Shown piece after piece: positions 34,534 through 43,125 of a DNA stretch of 64,000 nt. The translations under genes were made by a program, and so were the position numbers. The DNA is taken from positions 56,963-120,962 of the forward strand of contig CAYJPV010000003.1 in NCBI GenBank assembly GCA_964372095.1, in the 5' to 3' direction. The notes below the pieces were generated by a model. The model had not been told where the DNA came from. It saw only the letters and a program-made list of their open reading frames with translations, and made no database searches. Each line of letters begins with the position of its first letter. The stretch's first letter is position 1. The DNA is from an uncultured Vicinamibacterales bacterium. Lineage in GTDB: Bacteria; Acidobacteriota; Vicinamibacteria; Vicinamibacterales; JAKQTR01.

Positions 34534-36828
34534 TCAGTGTCGGCGCGCCGCCGGGCCGGCCGGTGCGGTCTCCGAGGTCAGGAAGTACTGCCCGTATCGC
34601 GTCAGCCATCCCTGCACCTTCGATTCGGTGCCAGGAAAGATGTTCGAGTTGTAGGATGCGGGCGTGCGGGAGCCCGGATCCCCGTACGAGTCGGGCCCGA
34701 TCGCACCCACGTATCGAACGGTGTCCTGAAAACCCGCACGGGCATAGTCCCGGAACGACCCGTCGCCGGTTACCGTGTACAGGTAACCCGCAGCGTTCAC
34801 CACCATGATGACGTAGGGCAACTGCCCGTCGGCCGGGTTCGGCGCGCGCGTGTCGACCCAGTACGGAATCTGGCGGGGCCGGTACCCGCCCTGGCCGTCA
34901 GTGTCGCCGCCGTACGTCGTTGCCATCAGCCAGCGCGTCATACGCGTGAGCAGACCGAGCAGCTCGTCCGCGCGTCCGTTGTCCCGGCCCGTGAACACCT
35001 CGTCATGCACCTTGGCGAGCGGCTCGAGCACGTACGCGTGCATGATCGTCTGCGTCAGATGGCCGCCTTCGTCATCATCGCTGATGACGAAGCCCGCGTG
35101 GCCGGCCGCCGCTTCGCGCGCCAGGACCGTCTGCAGCACGTCCTGCATCACGATGCGCAGGGGTTTGGGCCCGTATTGGCTGGTGTCGAGGGTGGCCTCG
35201 GGGTCGATCCGCCAGCGGTTCACCAGGTTCTCGAGCAACCACCCCTGAACCCGGATTTCGGACGTGTCGATGACACCTTCCCCGTTGAACGACTCGTACA
35301 CATACTGGCGGACACCCTCCTGAATCTCGTCAAAGGCATCCTTGCCGCGGCGATCGCCCGTCAGCAGCCATTGCAGCGCGTACCCCTGGCTCCAGGTGTG
35401 GCTAGGCCGACCCGGGCCGAAGCAGTTGTCCGGATTGTCGTGCGAGGGGCGATCTTCCCAGTTCTTCTGGTCGTTGAAGGCCGCGCCATCACGTTCCGTG
35501 TGGTAGATGTCGAAGTCGATCTCGTGGCGCAGGAGCACCCGCGCCGCGTCGGCAAACGCCAGCCTGCCGGTGCGCATGAACTGGAGGTACATGCCGTACC
35601 CCCAGTCGTAGTGATTGCCCGACAACGTTCCGCAGCCATTGCCGTCCCAGCGCAAGTCGCCGTAGTCCTGCCAGGAGTCGAGATCCCGGGCGAGGTGCGC
35701 CCAGAGTGTCATGCCGGTCAGGCCCGGCGGGTCTTCGACCACGGTCCGATCCACTTTCGCACGCTGCAGGCGTTCGTACCGATCGAAGTCGGGCTGCCGG
35801 TCATCGTGCAGACCTGCCACGGGCGGCGCGACACGCCCCCAACCCCGCGTCGACGCGTAGTACGCCGGCGGCGCGACCGCAAGCGGACGGGGCGGCGCGT
35901 CACCGTCGACGAGGCGGCCGTCGTCATTGAAGCGGGTCCTGCGCACGACCGGGTCGCGCCCCGACGGGACATCAAGTTCCCACGTCTTCTCGATGCCGCT
36001 GCCAACGTGGTACTCCGCGCCCTCCGGCAGGAGAACCGCAGGTCCGAAGTTCGCCTCTCTGAGGATGACGTCGTCACGGCGCGGATCGCCTTCGCCGGCG
36101 GTGCTCCAGCCGAAGGAGTTGTTGTTCCGATAGGTCAGGAACACGCGCACGTCGCCCGTGCCGCGGTTGAACACGAGCCGGGCCCGAAACCGGACCCACT
36201 CGTTCTCGTGCACCCGGCTGCCATCGCGCCAGTCGCCATCGATGCGCACGACCACCTTCAACGGGCCCTGCTCCTCGATGACCCAGCTGCCGGGGGTGGC
36301 CCGGAAGGTGTGTTCGCCGGAGCGCACGTGAAACCGGTGCCCCGCCAGCTGGAACTCGGACTTGGCGAAGACAAACGTCCGAGCCTGCGTATCGACCGTC
36401 AGCGTTCCGGGATCATCCCTGACCACGATGCCCTGCGTGGCATGCGGCGCCGTCCCCGTTCTCAGCGTGACGGTCCGGTCGCCCTCCGGCGGGAGGTCGA
36501 GTTGGAAGTCCACAAGCACCCAGCGGACGCTCTTGTCAGGCCACCTGGCCGTGACGAGGAACTGCGCGGGAATCTCGCGGCCGTCCTGTTCGAGCCGCAG
36601 GAGCGCGGGGTCCGTCACGCGCCCTTCGGCAAACGGGACGCCAGACGTGATGGGCTCGGCCGTTCTGGCACCGGCGTCGCGGTTGGTGACGGTCAGAACC
36701 ACCTCGACGGGATCTGAAACCTGGACAGGAGGGGTACCGGCCGCGCGCGGCATCGCGGCAGCCCCCACGAACCATGCGGCAAGCACGGCCGTCGCGGCAG
36801 CGCCCGCAGATATCATCGCCCGGTTCAT
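34534..36828 (-). CDS. large secreted hypothetical protein (N-terminal beta-sandwich, C-terminal alpha/alpha-toroid-like; possibly a polysaccharide lyase/glycosidase-like fold)
   Basis: GGGAGG SD then ATG 36828. Signal/anchor MNRAMISAGAAATAVLAAWFVGAAA. N-terminal segment ITSGVPFAEG...IPAQFLVTARWPDKSVRWVLVDF resembles PcRGLX-like proteins, from memory only. Confidence 0.6.
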   Translation of the reverse strand: MNRAMISAGAAATAVLAAWFVGAAAMPRAAGTPPVQVSDPVEVVLTVTNRDAGARTAEPITSGVPFAEGRVTDPALLRLEQDGREIPAQFLVTARWPDKSVRWVLVDFQLDLPPEGDRTVTLRTGTAPHATQGIVVRDDPGTLTVDTQARTFVFAKSEFQLAGHRFHVRSGEHTFRATPGSWVIEEQGPLKVVVRIDGDWRDGSRVHENEWVRFRARLVFNRGTGDVRVFLTYRNNNSFGWSTAGEGDPRRDDVILREANFGPAVLLPEGAEYHVGSGIEKTWELDVPSGRDPVVRRTRFNDDGRLVDGDAPPRPLAVAPPAYYASTRGWGRVAPPVAGLHDDRQPDFDRYERLQRAKVDRTVVEDPPGLTGMTLWAHLARDLDSWQDYGDLRWDGNGCGTLSGNHYDWGYGMYLQFMRTGRLAFADAARVLLRHEIDFDIYHTERDGAAFNDQKNWEDRPSHDNPDNCFGPGRPSHTWSQGYALQWLLTGDRRGKDAFDEIQEGVRQYVYESFNGEGVIDTSEIRVQGWLLENLVNRWRIDPEATLDTSQYGPKPLRIVMQDVLQTVLAREAAAGHAGFVISDDDEGGHLTQTIMHAYVLEPLAKVHDEVFTGRDNGRADELLGLLTRMTRWLMATTYGGDTDGQGGYRPRQIPYWVDTRAPNPADGQLPYVIMVVNAAGYLYTVTGDGSFRDYARAGFQDTVRYVGAIGPDSYGDPGSRTPASYNSNIFPGTESKVQGWLTRYGQYFLTSETAPAGPAARRH

Positions 36829-36934
36829 CTCGTGCCTCCCTAGGGGCCAGACGGCGTACGCGCCAGTATACGCCCGCCGCTCCGGGGACGACCGTCGAAC
36901 CCGGCCTGATTCCGCGGCATCGGAGATGGCCCGA

Positions 36935-38125
36935 CTACGTGACGAGGGAGCGTCCCGCGCCCACGTCGCCGTAGTCCTGTTCTCGGGCAATGCGGACGAG
37001 TTCGGTCATGACGGCATCGATCTCGCCCGTCGTGTTGTAGAAATGCGGCGAAATCCGGATGCCCACGCCGGGCCGGTAGTCCACGACGTAGTCGCGGGCC
37101 TTCAACGCCCGCGACACCTGGAGCGCGTCCGGCACGTCGACGGCGACCGTGCCGGCCAGGCGCTCCGGATCCCGCGCCGCCACGCTGCGGAGGCCGTGTT
37201 CGTCCACGTGCGCAAGCAGGCGCCGCGTCATGGCGACCGATGCGGCGCGGATGGCCTCGACACCGACCTGCCCAATGATCTCCAGGCCCGGGAGCGCCGC
37301 GTAGTACGCCGGGATCGCCGGCGTGCCGTTCATCAGCCCCATCCCGTCTCCGCGCAGTTCGTCATCGTCGATGTCGAACGCAAACGGGCGCTGGTGTGCC
37401 ACCCAGCCGGTGAACGCCGGGCGCGCACGTTCGCGCACCCACGGCGCCGTGTAGAGGAAGGCGTTGCCCGGCCCGCCGCATAGCCACTTGAGGCAGCCGC
37501 CCACGAAGAAGTCCACGCCCAGCGCCGCGACGTCCACCGGAATGATGCCCGCCGACTGGTAGCCGTCCAGGATCACGACCGCGCCCACGGCGCGAGCCCG
37601 CTCGATGACCGGCCGCGGATCGACGATATACGAGCTGCGAAACAGCACGTGCGAAAACGCGACGACGGCCGTGCGGTCATCGATGGCCGCAGCCAGCCGC
37701 TCGCCCGGGACGGACAGGTCGTCGAGCGCCGGCACGATCTCGAGGTCGAAGCCGGCCGCCTGCTGCGCACGATACAGGTAGACCATGGACGGAAAGTCCA
37801 TGGACGTACACACGATCTTGCGCCGGGGCCCGGACGGCCGGATGCACGACAGGGCAACGGCCTCGGCCGTCGTCACGTTCTCGTGCATGCTGACCGAACC
37901 GGCGGGCGCGCCGATGAGTGCTCCGATGCGCGCGCCGACCTCGCCAGCCAGCTCCCACCAGCGTTCTTCCCACGCCCGTACGCCCCTGGTTGCCCACGTC
38001 TCGGCGTACGCCGCGAGGGACGCCGCGGCGCCGCGCGGCATGGCCCCGAGTGAATTGCTGATCATGTAGACCGAGCGCGAGAGAATGGGAAACTCGTCGC
38101 GCCATCGTGACAGATCGTTCAGCAT
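36935..38125 (-). CDS. kynU: kynureninase-like class V PLP hydrolase
   Basis: ATG 38125 gives MLNDLSRWRDEFPIL..., 396 aa. PLP-lysine region GGCLKWLCGGPG matches the kynureninase motif C-x-Y-K-Y-L-N-x-G-P-G pattern. Confidence 0.75.
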   Translation of the reverse strand: MLNDLSRWRDEFPILSRSVYMISNSLGAMPRGAAASLAAYAETWATRGVRAWEERWWELAGEVGARIGALIGAPAGSVSMHENVTTAEAVALSCIRPSGPRRKIVCTSMDFPSMVYLYRAQQAAGFDLEIVPALDDLSVPGERLAAAIDDRTAVVAFSHVLFRSSYIVDPRPVIERARAVGAVVILDGYQSAGIIPVDVAALGVDFFVGGCLKWLCGGPGNAFLYTAPWVRERARPAFTGWVAHQRPFAFDIDDDELRGDGMGLMNGTPAIPAYYAALPGLEIIGQVGVEAIRAASVAMTRRLLAHVDEHGLRSVAARDPERLAGTVAVDVPDALQVSRALKARDYVVDYRPGVGIRISPHFYNTTGEIDAVMTELVRIAREQDYGDVGAGRSLVT

Positions 38126-38136
38126 GCGTCGTCTCT

Positions 38137-39033
38137 CTATCTGGGCGTCACCGCGGAGCGCAGCGCCGCCAGCACCGCCGGCCACGCGATGCTGTGCGGC
38201 GTCACCAGTTCGATGTGCCCCGCCTCCGGAATCACCGTGAGCGTCACGGTGTCTCCCGCCGACGCCGCCCGCGTGTGGTGCGCCTCGGCCATCGCCAGCG
38301 GCACGACGGTGTCCCGCGCGCCATGCACCAGGAACTGCCGCACGCCCAGCGGCAGCAGTTCGGCCGGCGACGCAGCCCGGTACCGCAACGGGTACGCGGC
38401 CGGCAGGCCACCCATGAGCTGCGAGGCGGAGTCGTCGCACACGGACTGGCTGACGGCGGCCGCCAGATCGCTGATGGCGGCCAGCGCCACCACGCCGTTG
38501 AACGTCAGCGGGTTCGCCGTTGGCAAGCCACTCCCGGCGGGGACACGTCCACGTGCCGCCACCCACAGCGCCAGGTGACCTCCGGCCGAGTGCCCGGCCA
38601 CGGCCGCGCGCGTCAGATCAATCGGGTACTGCCGGGCCACCTCGCGCAGATGGTCGGCGCCTCGCGCGACATCCGCCAGCGTCCCCGGCCAGCCTCCGCC
38701 CGCCTCTCCCACGCGCCGGTATTCGAGACTCCAGGTGGCGATGCCCTCCACCGCCAAAGCCGCGGTGAAGCTGTTCGTGTGCAACAGATCGTATTCAGCC
38801 ATCCAGCACCCGCCGTGGATGAACACCACCACGGGATGCGGTCCCGGCCCCGCCGGCATCCGCAGATCGCCGAACTGCGACGGCTCGGGGCCGTAGGCGA
38901 TGCGCCGGTCCGCCGGCGGCTGCGGCAACGCCAGCAGGTCCTTGGTCGTCATCACCTGTGCACCTGCCTCCCCATATCCCAGCATGACCAGCACGGCTCC
39001 AGCCAGCATCGTCGTCAGTCTCGGCATACGCAT
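38137..39033 (-). CDS. alpha/beta hydrolase (esterase / arylformamidase-like) with signal peptide
   Basis: Oxyanion FIHGGCW, nucleophile elbow GHSAGGHLA, C-terminal GHIE His. N-terminal MRMPRLTTMLAGAVLVMLGYGEAGAQ. Confidence 0.8.
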   Translation of the reverse strand: MRMPRLTTMLAGAVLVMLGYGEAGAQVMTTKDLLALPQPPADRRIAYGPEPSQFGDLRMPAGPGPHPVVVFIHGGCWMAEYDLLHTNSFTAALAVEGIATWSLEYRRVGEAGGGWPGTLADVARGADHLREVARQYPIDLTRAAVAGHSAGGHLALWVAARGRVPAGSGLPTANPLTFNGVVALAAISDLAAAVSQSVCDDSASQLMGGLPAAYPLRYRAASPAELLPLGVRQFLVHGARDTVVPLAMAEAHHTRAASAGDTVTLTVIPEAGHIELVTPHSIAWPAVLAALRSAVTPR

Positions 39034-39202
39034 CCTGTCCTGCTGCCACGGCCCGCTCGAAGGGCCATTCTAGCAGGACCACGAGGGTCGGCTGCGTCGC
39101 GAGCCCGTCGCGCACCCCTCGCCCATCGACGCCAATCGTCCCGAGTTGTCGCGGGATGTCGCGGATCTTGATCCCGGGAATCCGTGCGCGTATCGTTCCA
39201 CC

Positions 39203-42184
39203 ATGAAATCATTCGTCCATCGGTTTACGCCGGCAGCGGCCGGCGCCGCCCTTCTTCTCGCCCTCTTCTGCTTTGCTGCCCCCCCTGCTGATGCCCAGAA
39301 CGCCTCCGGTGGCGACTTCCAGGGCATCGTCCGCGATACGACCGGCGGAGTGCTGCCGGGCGTCACGATCGTGCTGACCAACACCGAGACCGGCGTCGAA
39401 CGGAACTCCGTCACCAACGAAGTCGGCCGGTACCGGATTCCTGCCGTGCCGGCCGGTTCCTACACACTCACCGTGTCGCTCGACGGCTTTGCGACGGTCC
39501 AGCGGTCCGGCCTGTCCCTCGAGGTCGGTCAGGTGTCGACCGTGGACATCACACTGCCGACGGCAGGCGTCAGTCAGGAAGTCACCGTGACGGCAGCCGC
39601 CCCGATTGTCGAGCGAGGCCGCACACAGTCGGGAGCCGTCGTGTCCCGCACGGAGATCGAGAACCTGCCAAGCAACGGCCGGGATTTCCTGAGTTTCTCC
39701 ACAGTCGTGGCCGGCGTGACGGGGCAGCAGATGAGCGGCCAGGGCAGCGGCATCAGTTTCAACGGCCAGCGCGCCCGCAGCAACAACATCTCGCTCGACG
39801 GCGTGGACGCCAACGGCGCGCTCAACGGCAATACGCGCCAGACCATCAGCCAGGAGGCCGTGCGCGAGTTCCAGGTCGTGACCAGCCAGTTTGCGCCGGA
39901 GTTCGGCCGCGCGGCAGGCGGCCTGGTCAACATCGTCTCGCGCTCGGGCACGAACGACTTCCGCGGCAACGCCTTCGTGTACATCCGCGATGAGTCCATG
40001 GACGAGCGCAATGCCTTCGTGACGGAAGGCAAGCCCGAATTCCAGCGGCAGAATTTCGGCGGGACGTTCGGCGGCCCGCTCAGGAGAAACCGGACGTTCT
40101 TTTTCGGAGCCGTTGAGCGGATGCAGCGCGACGAAAGCGGCGTCATCACCATCAGTGATGCCAACGTGGCGGCCATCAACGCCATTCTCGCCGCGCGCCC
40201 GATCCCGGGCAGCAACGTCCGATCGATTGCCAACGGCGTCTACCCCATCAAGCGGCGCGACACGCTGGCCTCCCTCAAGATCGACCACACGCTGAGTGCC
40301 AACCACACCCTCGGCCTCCGCTACACCTACGGCAAGAGCGTCGAGGAGAACGCCGGCGGCGTGAGCATCGGCGGCCTCGTCGCGGAGTCGGGCGGCGGCG
40401 GCATGGACGGCACTGACCAGTCGTTCCTTGGCTCCTGGACGCACATCATGTCCCCGTCCCTGCTTGGCGAAGCGCGCCTGCAGGTCGCCCCGCGCGAACT
40501 CACCCAATACGCCAACGACGAGATCGGCCCGCGCATCGTCATTTCGGGCGTGGCCACCTGGGGGCGGAGCACGAGCTTTCCCGTGATCCTCGACGAAACC
40601 ACGACCCAGGGCAGCTACACCCTGAGCTGGCAGCGGGGTTCGCATTTCTTCAAGGGCGGCGGCGACATTGCCCACATTGCCGCCACATCGTCGTTTCCCA
40701 CGAGTTTTGCCGGCAGCTTCACGTTCGGCAGCCTCGCGACGTTTACCAGCGGTTCGCCATCGACGTTCACCCAGGGGTTCGGCAATCCGCTGATCGATCT
40801 GCCTGACACGCTGTATTCCGCGTTCGTGCAGGACTCCTGGACGGTCAACGACCGACTCACGCTGGTGTACGGCCTGCGCTATGACTACGATGCGCAGCCG
40901 CAGGGCATCCCGCGTGACCGGTCGAACCCGCTCGAAGCCCCCCTCGACGACGGGATCCACCGCGACCCCAACAACCTCTCGCCGCGTGCAGGATTCACGT
41001 GGGATCCGATTGGCGGCGGGCGCACGTTGATCCGCGGCGGCGGCGGCCGCTTCTATGACAAGGTATTCCTGCTGGTGGCCCGCAACGCCCTGCTGGCGCG
41101 CCAGTCCGTGTCGCTCAGCGGCGCCAACGCACGGGCGCAGTTTGCCGCCGGCGCCTTCCCCGAAAGCGATCAACTACCGTCGGGCTTCTCGCTGACCCGA
41201 CCGAGCATCAACCTGTCCGACCCGGACATGGAAATCCCGTACGTCGATCAGGTCAGCCTGGGCGTCGAACAGCAGATCGGCACGGACTGGGCTGCGGGCG
41301 TCAATCTGATCCGCAACCAGGGCTCGGCCCTGCTGGTCTCTGACAACATCAATCTCGGCGCGCCAACGGTTCTGACAGCCGCCAACGCGGCATCGCTTGG
41401 CGTGAGCAATCCCAACGCACAACAGCTCGGACGGCCGTACTACGGCTCCACGAACCGCCTGGATCCGCTCTACAACAACATCCAGATGGTGTCCTCCAGC
41501 GGGTGGTCACAATACTACGGCGCCCAGTTCACGCTGCAGAAAAGACTCTCCAACGGCTACTCCCTGCGCGTCAATTACGTCCTCTCGGAGTCGAAAGACG
41601 ACGGGTCCGACTTCACGCAGGCCGAGCAGCCGAACGACCCGTACAACCGGCGCGCCGAACGTTCGTACTCGGCCGAACATCAGCGTCATCGTGTCACGCT
41701 GAGCGGAGTCTGGGAACTTCCATTCGGGCGTGAGGACACGGGCGACGGGAACCCCGTCCTGCGGGGCGTGTTCGGCGGCTGGACGATGTCATCCACGTTC
41801 ACGTATCGGAGCGCCACGGCACTCAATCCCCGGGTCGGCTCCGACGTCAATGCCGACGGCAACAGCAGCACCGACCGCCCTCTGGTCAGCGGAACCATGA
41901 CCGAGCGGAATTCCTATGAAGGGCCGGACTATGCAAGCCTGGACCTGCGGCTGTCCAAACGGTTCAGGTTCGACAGCCGGCGGGCGCTGCTCCTGCAGTT
42001 CGAGGCGTTCAACGTGCTGAACCGCACGAACTACAGCGGCGTGAACATGACGTGGGGCACCACTGCCGATCCGCGCGATACCTTCGGCACCTACACGTCT
42101 GCCAATGCGCCGCGCCAGCGGGGTCGGGACGCTTTTAGTACCGGCGCCCTCTGGAGCGACAGATTTGTCACGTCGGCTTCGTAA
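39203..42184 (+). CDS. TonB-dependent receptor with N-terminal carboxypeptidase-regulatory-like domain
   Basis: Signal peptide ending PPADAQ. CarboxypepD_reg segment GIVRDTTGGVLPGVTIVLTNTETGVERNSVTNEVGRYRIPAVPAGSYTLTV. Plug (ENLPSNGRDFLSF) and a long beta-barrel. The C-terminal 20 aa are atypical, with no terminal aromatic residue. Confidence 0.85.
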   Translation: MKSFVHRFTPAAAGAALLLALFCFAAPPADAQNASGGDFQGIVRDTTGGVLPGVTIVLTNTETGVERNSVTNEVGRYRIPAVPAGSYTLTVSLDGFATVQRSGLSLEVGQVSTVDITLPTAGVSQEVTVTAAAPIVERGRTQSGAVVSRTEIENLPSNGRDFLSFSTVVAGVTGQQMSGQGSGISFNGQRARSNNISLDGVDANGALNGNTRQTISQEAVREFQVVTSQFAPEFGRAAGGLVNIVSRSGTNDFRGNAFVYIRDESMDERNAFVTEGKPEFQRQNFGGTFGGPLRRNRTFFFGAVERMQRDESGVITISDANVAAINAILAARPIPGSNVRSIANGVYPIKRRDTLASLKIDHTLSANHTLGLRYTYGKSVEENAGGVSIGGLVAESGGGGMDGTDQSFLGSWTHIMSPSLLGEARLQVAPRELTQYANDEIGPRIVISGVATWGRSTSFPVILDETTTQGSYTLSWQRGSHFFKGGGDIAHIAATSSFPTSFAGSFTFGSLATFTSGSPSTFTQGFGNPLIDLPDTLYSAFVQDSWTVNDRLTLVYGLRYDYDAQPQGIPRDRSNPLEAPLDDGIHRDPNNLSPRAGFTWDPIGGGRTLIRGGGGRFYDKVFLLVARNALLARQSVSLSGANARAQFAAGAFPESDQLPSGFSLTRPSINLSDPDMEIPYVDQVSLGVEQQIGTDWAAGVNLIRNQGSALLVSDNINLGAPTVLTAANAASLGVSNPNAQQLGRPYYGSTNRLDPLYNNIQMVSSSGWSQYYGAQFTLQKRLSNGYSLRVNYVLSESKDDGSDFTQAEQPNDPYNRRAERSYSAEHQRHRVTLSGVWELPFGREDTGDGNPVLRGVFGGWTMSSTFTYRSATALNPRVGSDVNADGNSSTDRPLVSGTMTERNSYEGPDYASLDLRLSKRFRFDSRRALLLQFEAFNVLNRTNYSGVNMTWGTTADPRDTFGTYTSANAPRQRGRDAFSTGALWSDRFVTSAS

Positions 42185-42303
42185 CCACACCGGCCGAATC
42201 GACAATGCGGCCCTGAATGGCACCGTCCCCTTCCGTCTCGCGGCAGATCAACTCCGAAGCGTTCGACCAGGCAGGCGGTTCACTCCGCAATTACAATTCT
42301 GTT

Positions 42304-42328
42304 ATTTCCAGCCGGCCCGGCTGGAAAT
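42304..42328. terminator. perfect 12-bp palindrome downstream of the TonB-dependent receptor gene
   Basis: ATTTCCAGCCGG-C-CCGGCTGGAAAT in an unusually AT-rich context. No flanking T-run beyond the arm itself. Confidence 0.4.
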
Positions 42329-42381
42329 CCGCCCCGACCCCTTGTGTTGGGGCAACCGGGTGAAAAATCCGTCCCGACCCC
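42325..42381 (+). repeat. 17-nt direct repeat pair AAATCCG(C/T)CCCGACCCC
   Basis: Copies at 42325-42341 and 42365-42381, 16 of 17 identical, starts 40 nt apart. They lie upstream of a TGnTACAAT promoter-like element. Confidence 0.6.
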
Positions 42382-42410
42382 CTCCGTCCCCCGACGGGGC
42401 GGCGCGGCGC

Positions 42411-42419
42411 TGCTACAAT
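42411..42419 (+). promoter_or_regulatory. extended -10 promoter-like element for the DUF2911 gene
   Basis: TGCTACAAT (TGn + TACAAT) 91 nt upstream of ATG 42510. AGGAGG SD precedes the ATG. Confidence 0.35.
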
Positions 42420-42509
42420 AGGGGCTTACCCACACAATACGCGTCAGGTGCTGAGAGTCCGGCATCACCATGCGGACCGCTGGTGCCCCGTCGCAGGAGG
42501 ATTACCCCG

Positions 42510-43046
42510 ATGTTCAAGAAACTCGCGCTGCTCACTGCTGCCGCCGCACTCGTGTGCGCGGCCGTCGCTCCCCTCGCCGCCCAGGCTCCGGCTCAGGCTC
42601 CGGCCAGCCCTCCCGCCAAGGTCACGGCCAAAATTGGCGCGGCCACGGTCACGATTGACTACGCCCAGCCCTCGATGCGCGGCCGGACAATCATGGGCGG
42701 CCTCGTGCCGTTCGGCAAAGTGTGGCGGACCGGTGCGAACAAGGCCACGCACCTGACCACGGACGCCGCCATCACCATCGGCACGCTGGCGGTGCCGGCC
42801 GGCACCTACACGGTGTACACGGTGCCCGGCGAAAAGGCCTGGACACTCATCATCAACAAGCAGACCGGCCAGTGGGGCACGCAGTACGACCAGGCGCAGG
42901 ACTTCGGCCGCGTCGAGATGACGGTCGAACCGGTGCAGGCGGCCGTGGAGAAGTTCACGATCGCGGTCAACGCCGCCGGCGCGAAGGGCACGATCACGAT
43001 GGAATGGGAGAACACCCGCGCGTCGGTCGCCATCGAAGCGAAGTAA
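42510..43046 (+). CDS. DUF2911 domain-containing secreted protein
   Basis: Signal peptide MFKKLALLTAAAALVCAAVAPLAAQA. GGLVPFGKVWRTGANKATHLTTD and VPAGTYTVYTVPGEKAWTLIINKQTGQWGT segments typical of DUF2911. Confidence 0.8.
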   Translation: MFKKLALLTAAAALVCAAVAPLAAQAPAQAPASPPAKVTAKIGAATVTIDYAQPSMRGRTIMGGLVPFGKVWRTGANKATHLTTDAAITIGTLAVPAGTYTVYTVPGEKAWTLIINKQTGQWGTQYDQAQDFGRVEMTVEPVQAAVEKFTIAVNAAGAKGTITMEWENTRASVAIEAK

Positions 43047-43056
43047 CAACACCCGC

Positions 43057-43092
43057 CGGCGCCGTGTCCGCTCCCGCAGCGGCACGGCGCCG
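43057..43092. terminator. 15-bp GC hairpin between convergent genes
   Basis: ccggcgccgtg(t)ccgct-cccgc-agcggcacggcgccgg: 10 + 5 bp with one bulge. No T-run. Confidence 0.45.
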
Positions 43093-43125
43093 TCCGATGC
43101 GCCGGCACGACGCGCGGCTCCCCGT

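Noticed and set aside
34387-36717. 776-aa plus-strand ORF opposite the large secreted protein gene
   Set aside because: Same reasoning. The minus-strand frame has an SD, a signal peptide and normal amino-acid composition. The plus-strand frame is Arg/Pro/Gly/His-rich.
39209-41173. 654-aa minus-strand ORF opposite the TonB-dependent receptor
   Set aside because: High-GC antisense artefact. The plus-strand frame carries CarboxypepD_reg, plug and barrel features. The antisense product is an Arg/Ala/Gly-rich low-complexity sequence.
42116-42184. Possible frameshift at the G4 run 42120-42123 in the TonB-dependent receptor 3' end (one extra G would give ...PRQRGSGRF*, ending in Phe)
   Set aside because: The annotated C-terminus lacks the usual terminal aromatic residue, which is suspicious. 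However, the alternative tail RGSGRF does not look like a terminal beta-strand either. The sequence alone cannot decide between them, so I left the ORF as given.
42265-42300. Frame encoding ...RFTPQLQFCYF, resembling a TonB-receptor C-terminal strand, in the AT-rich spacer
   Set aside because: No stop codon follows the Phe, the match is short, and it lies 80 nt past the receptor stop. Probably coincidence.
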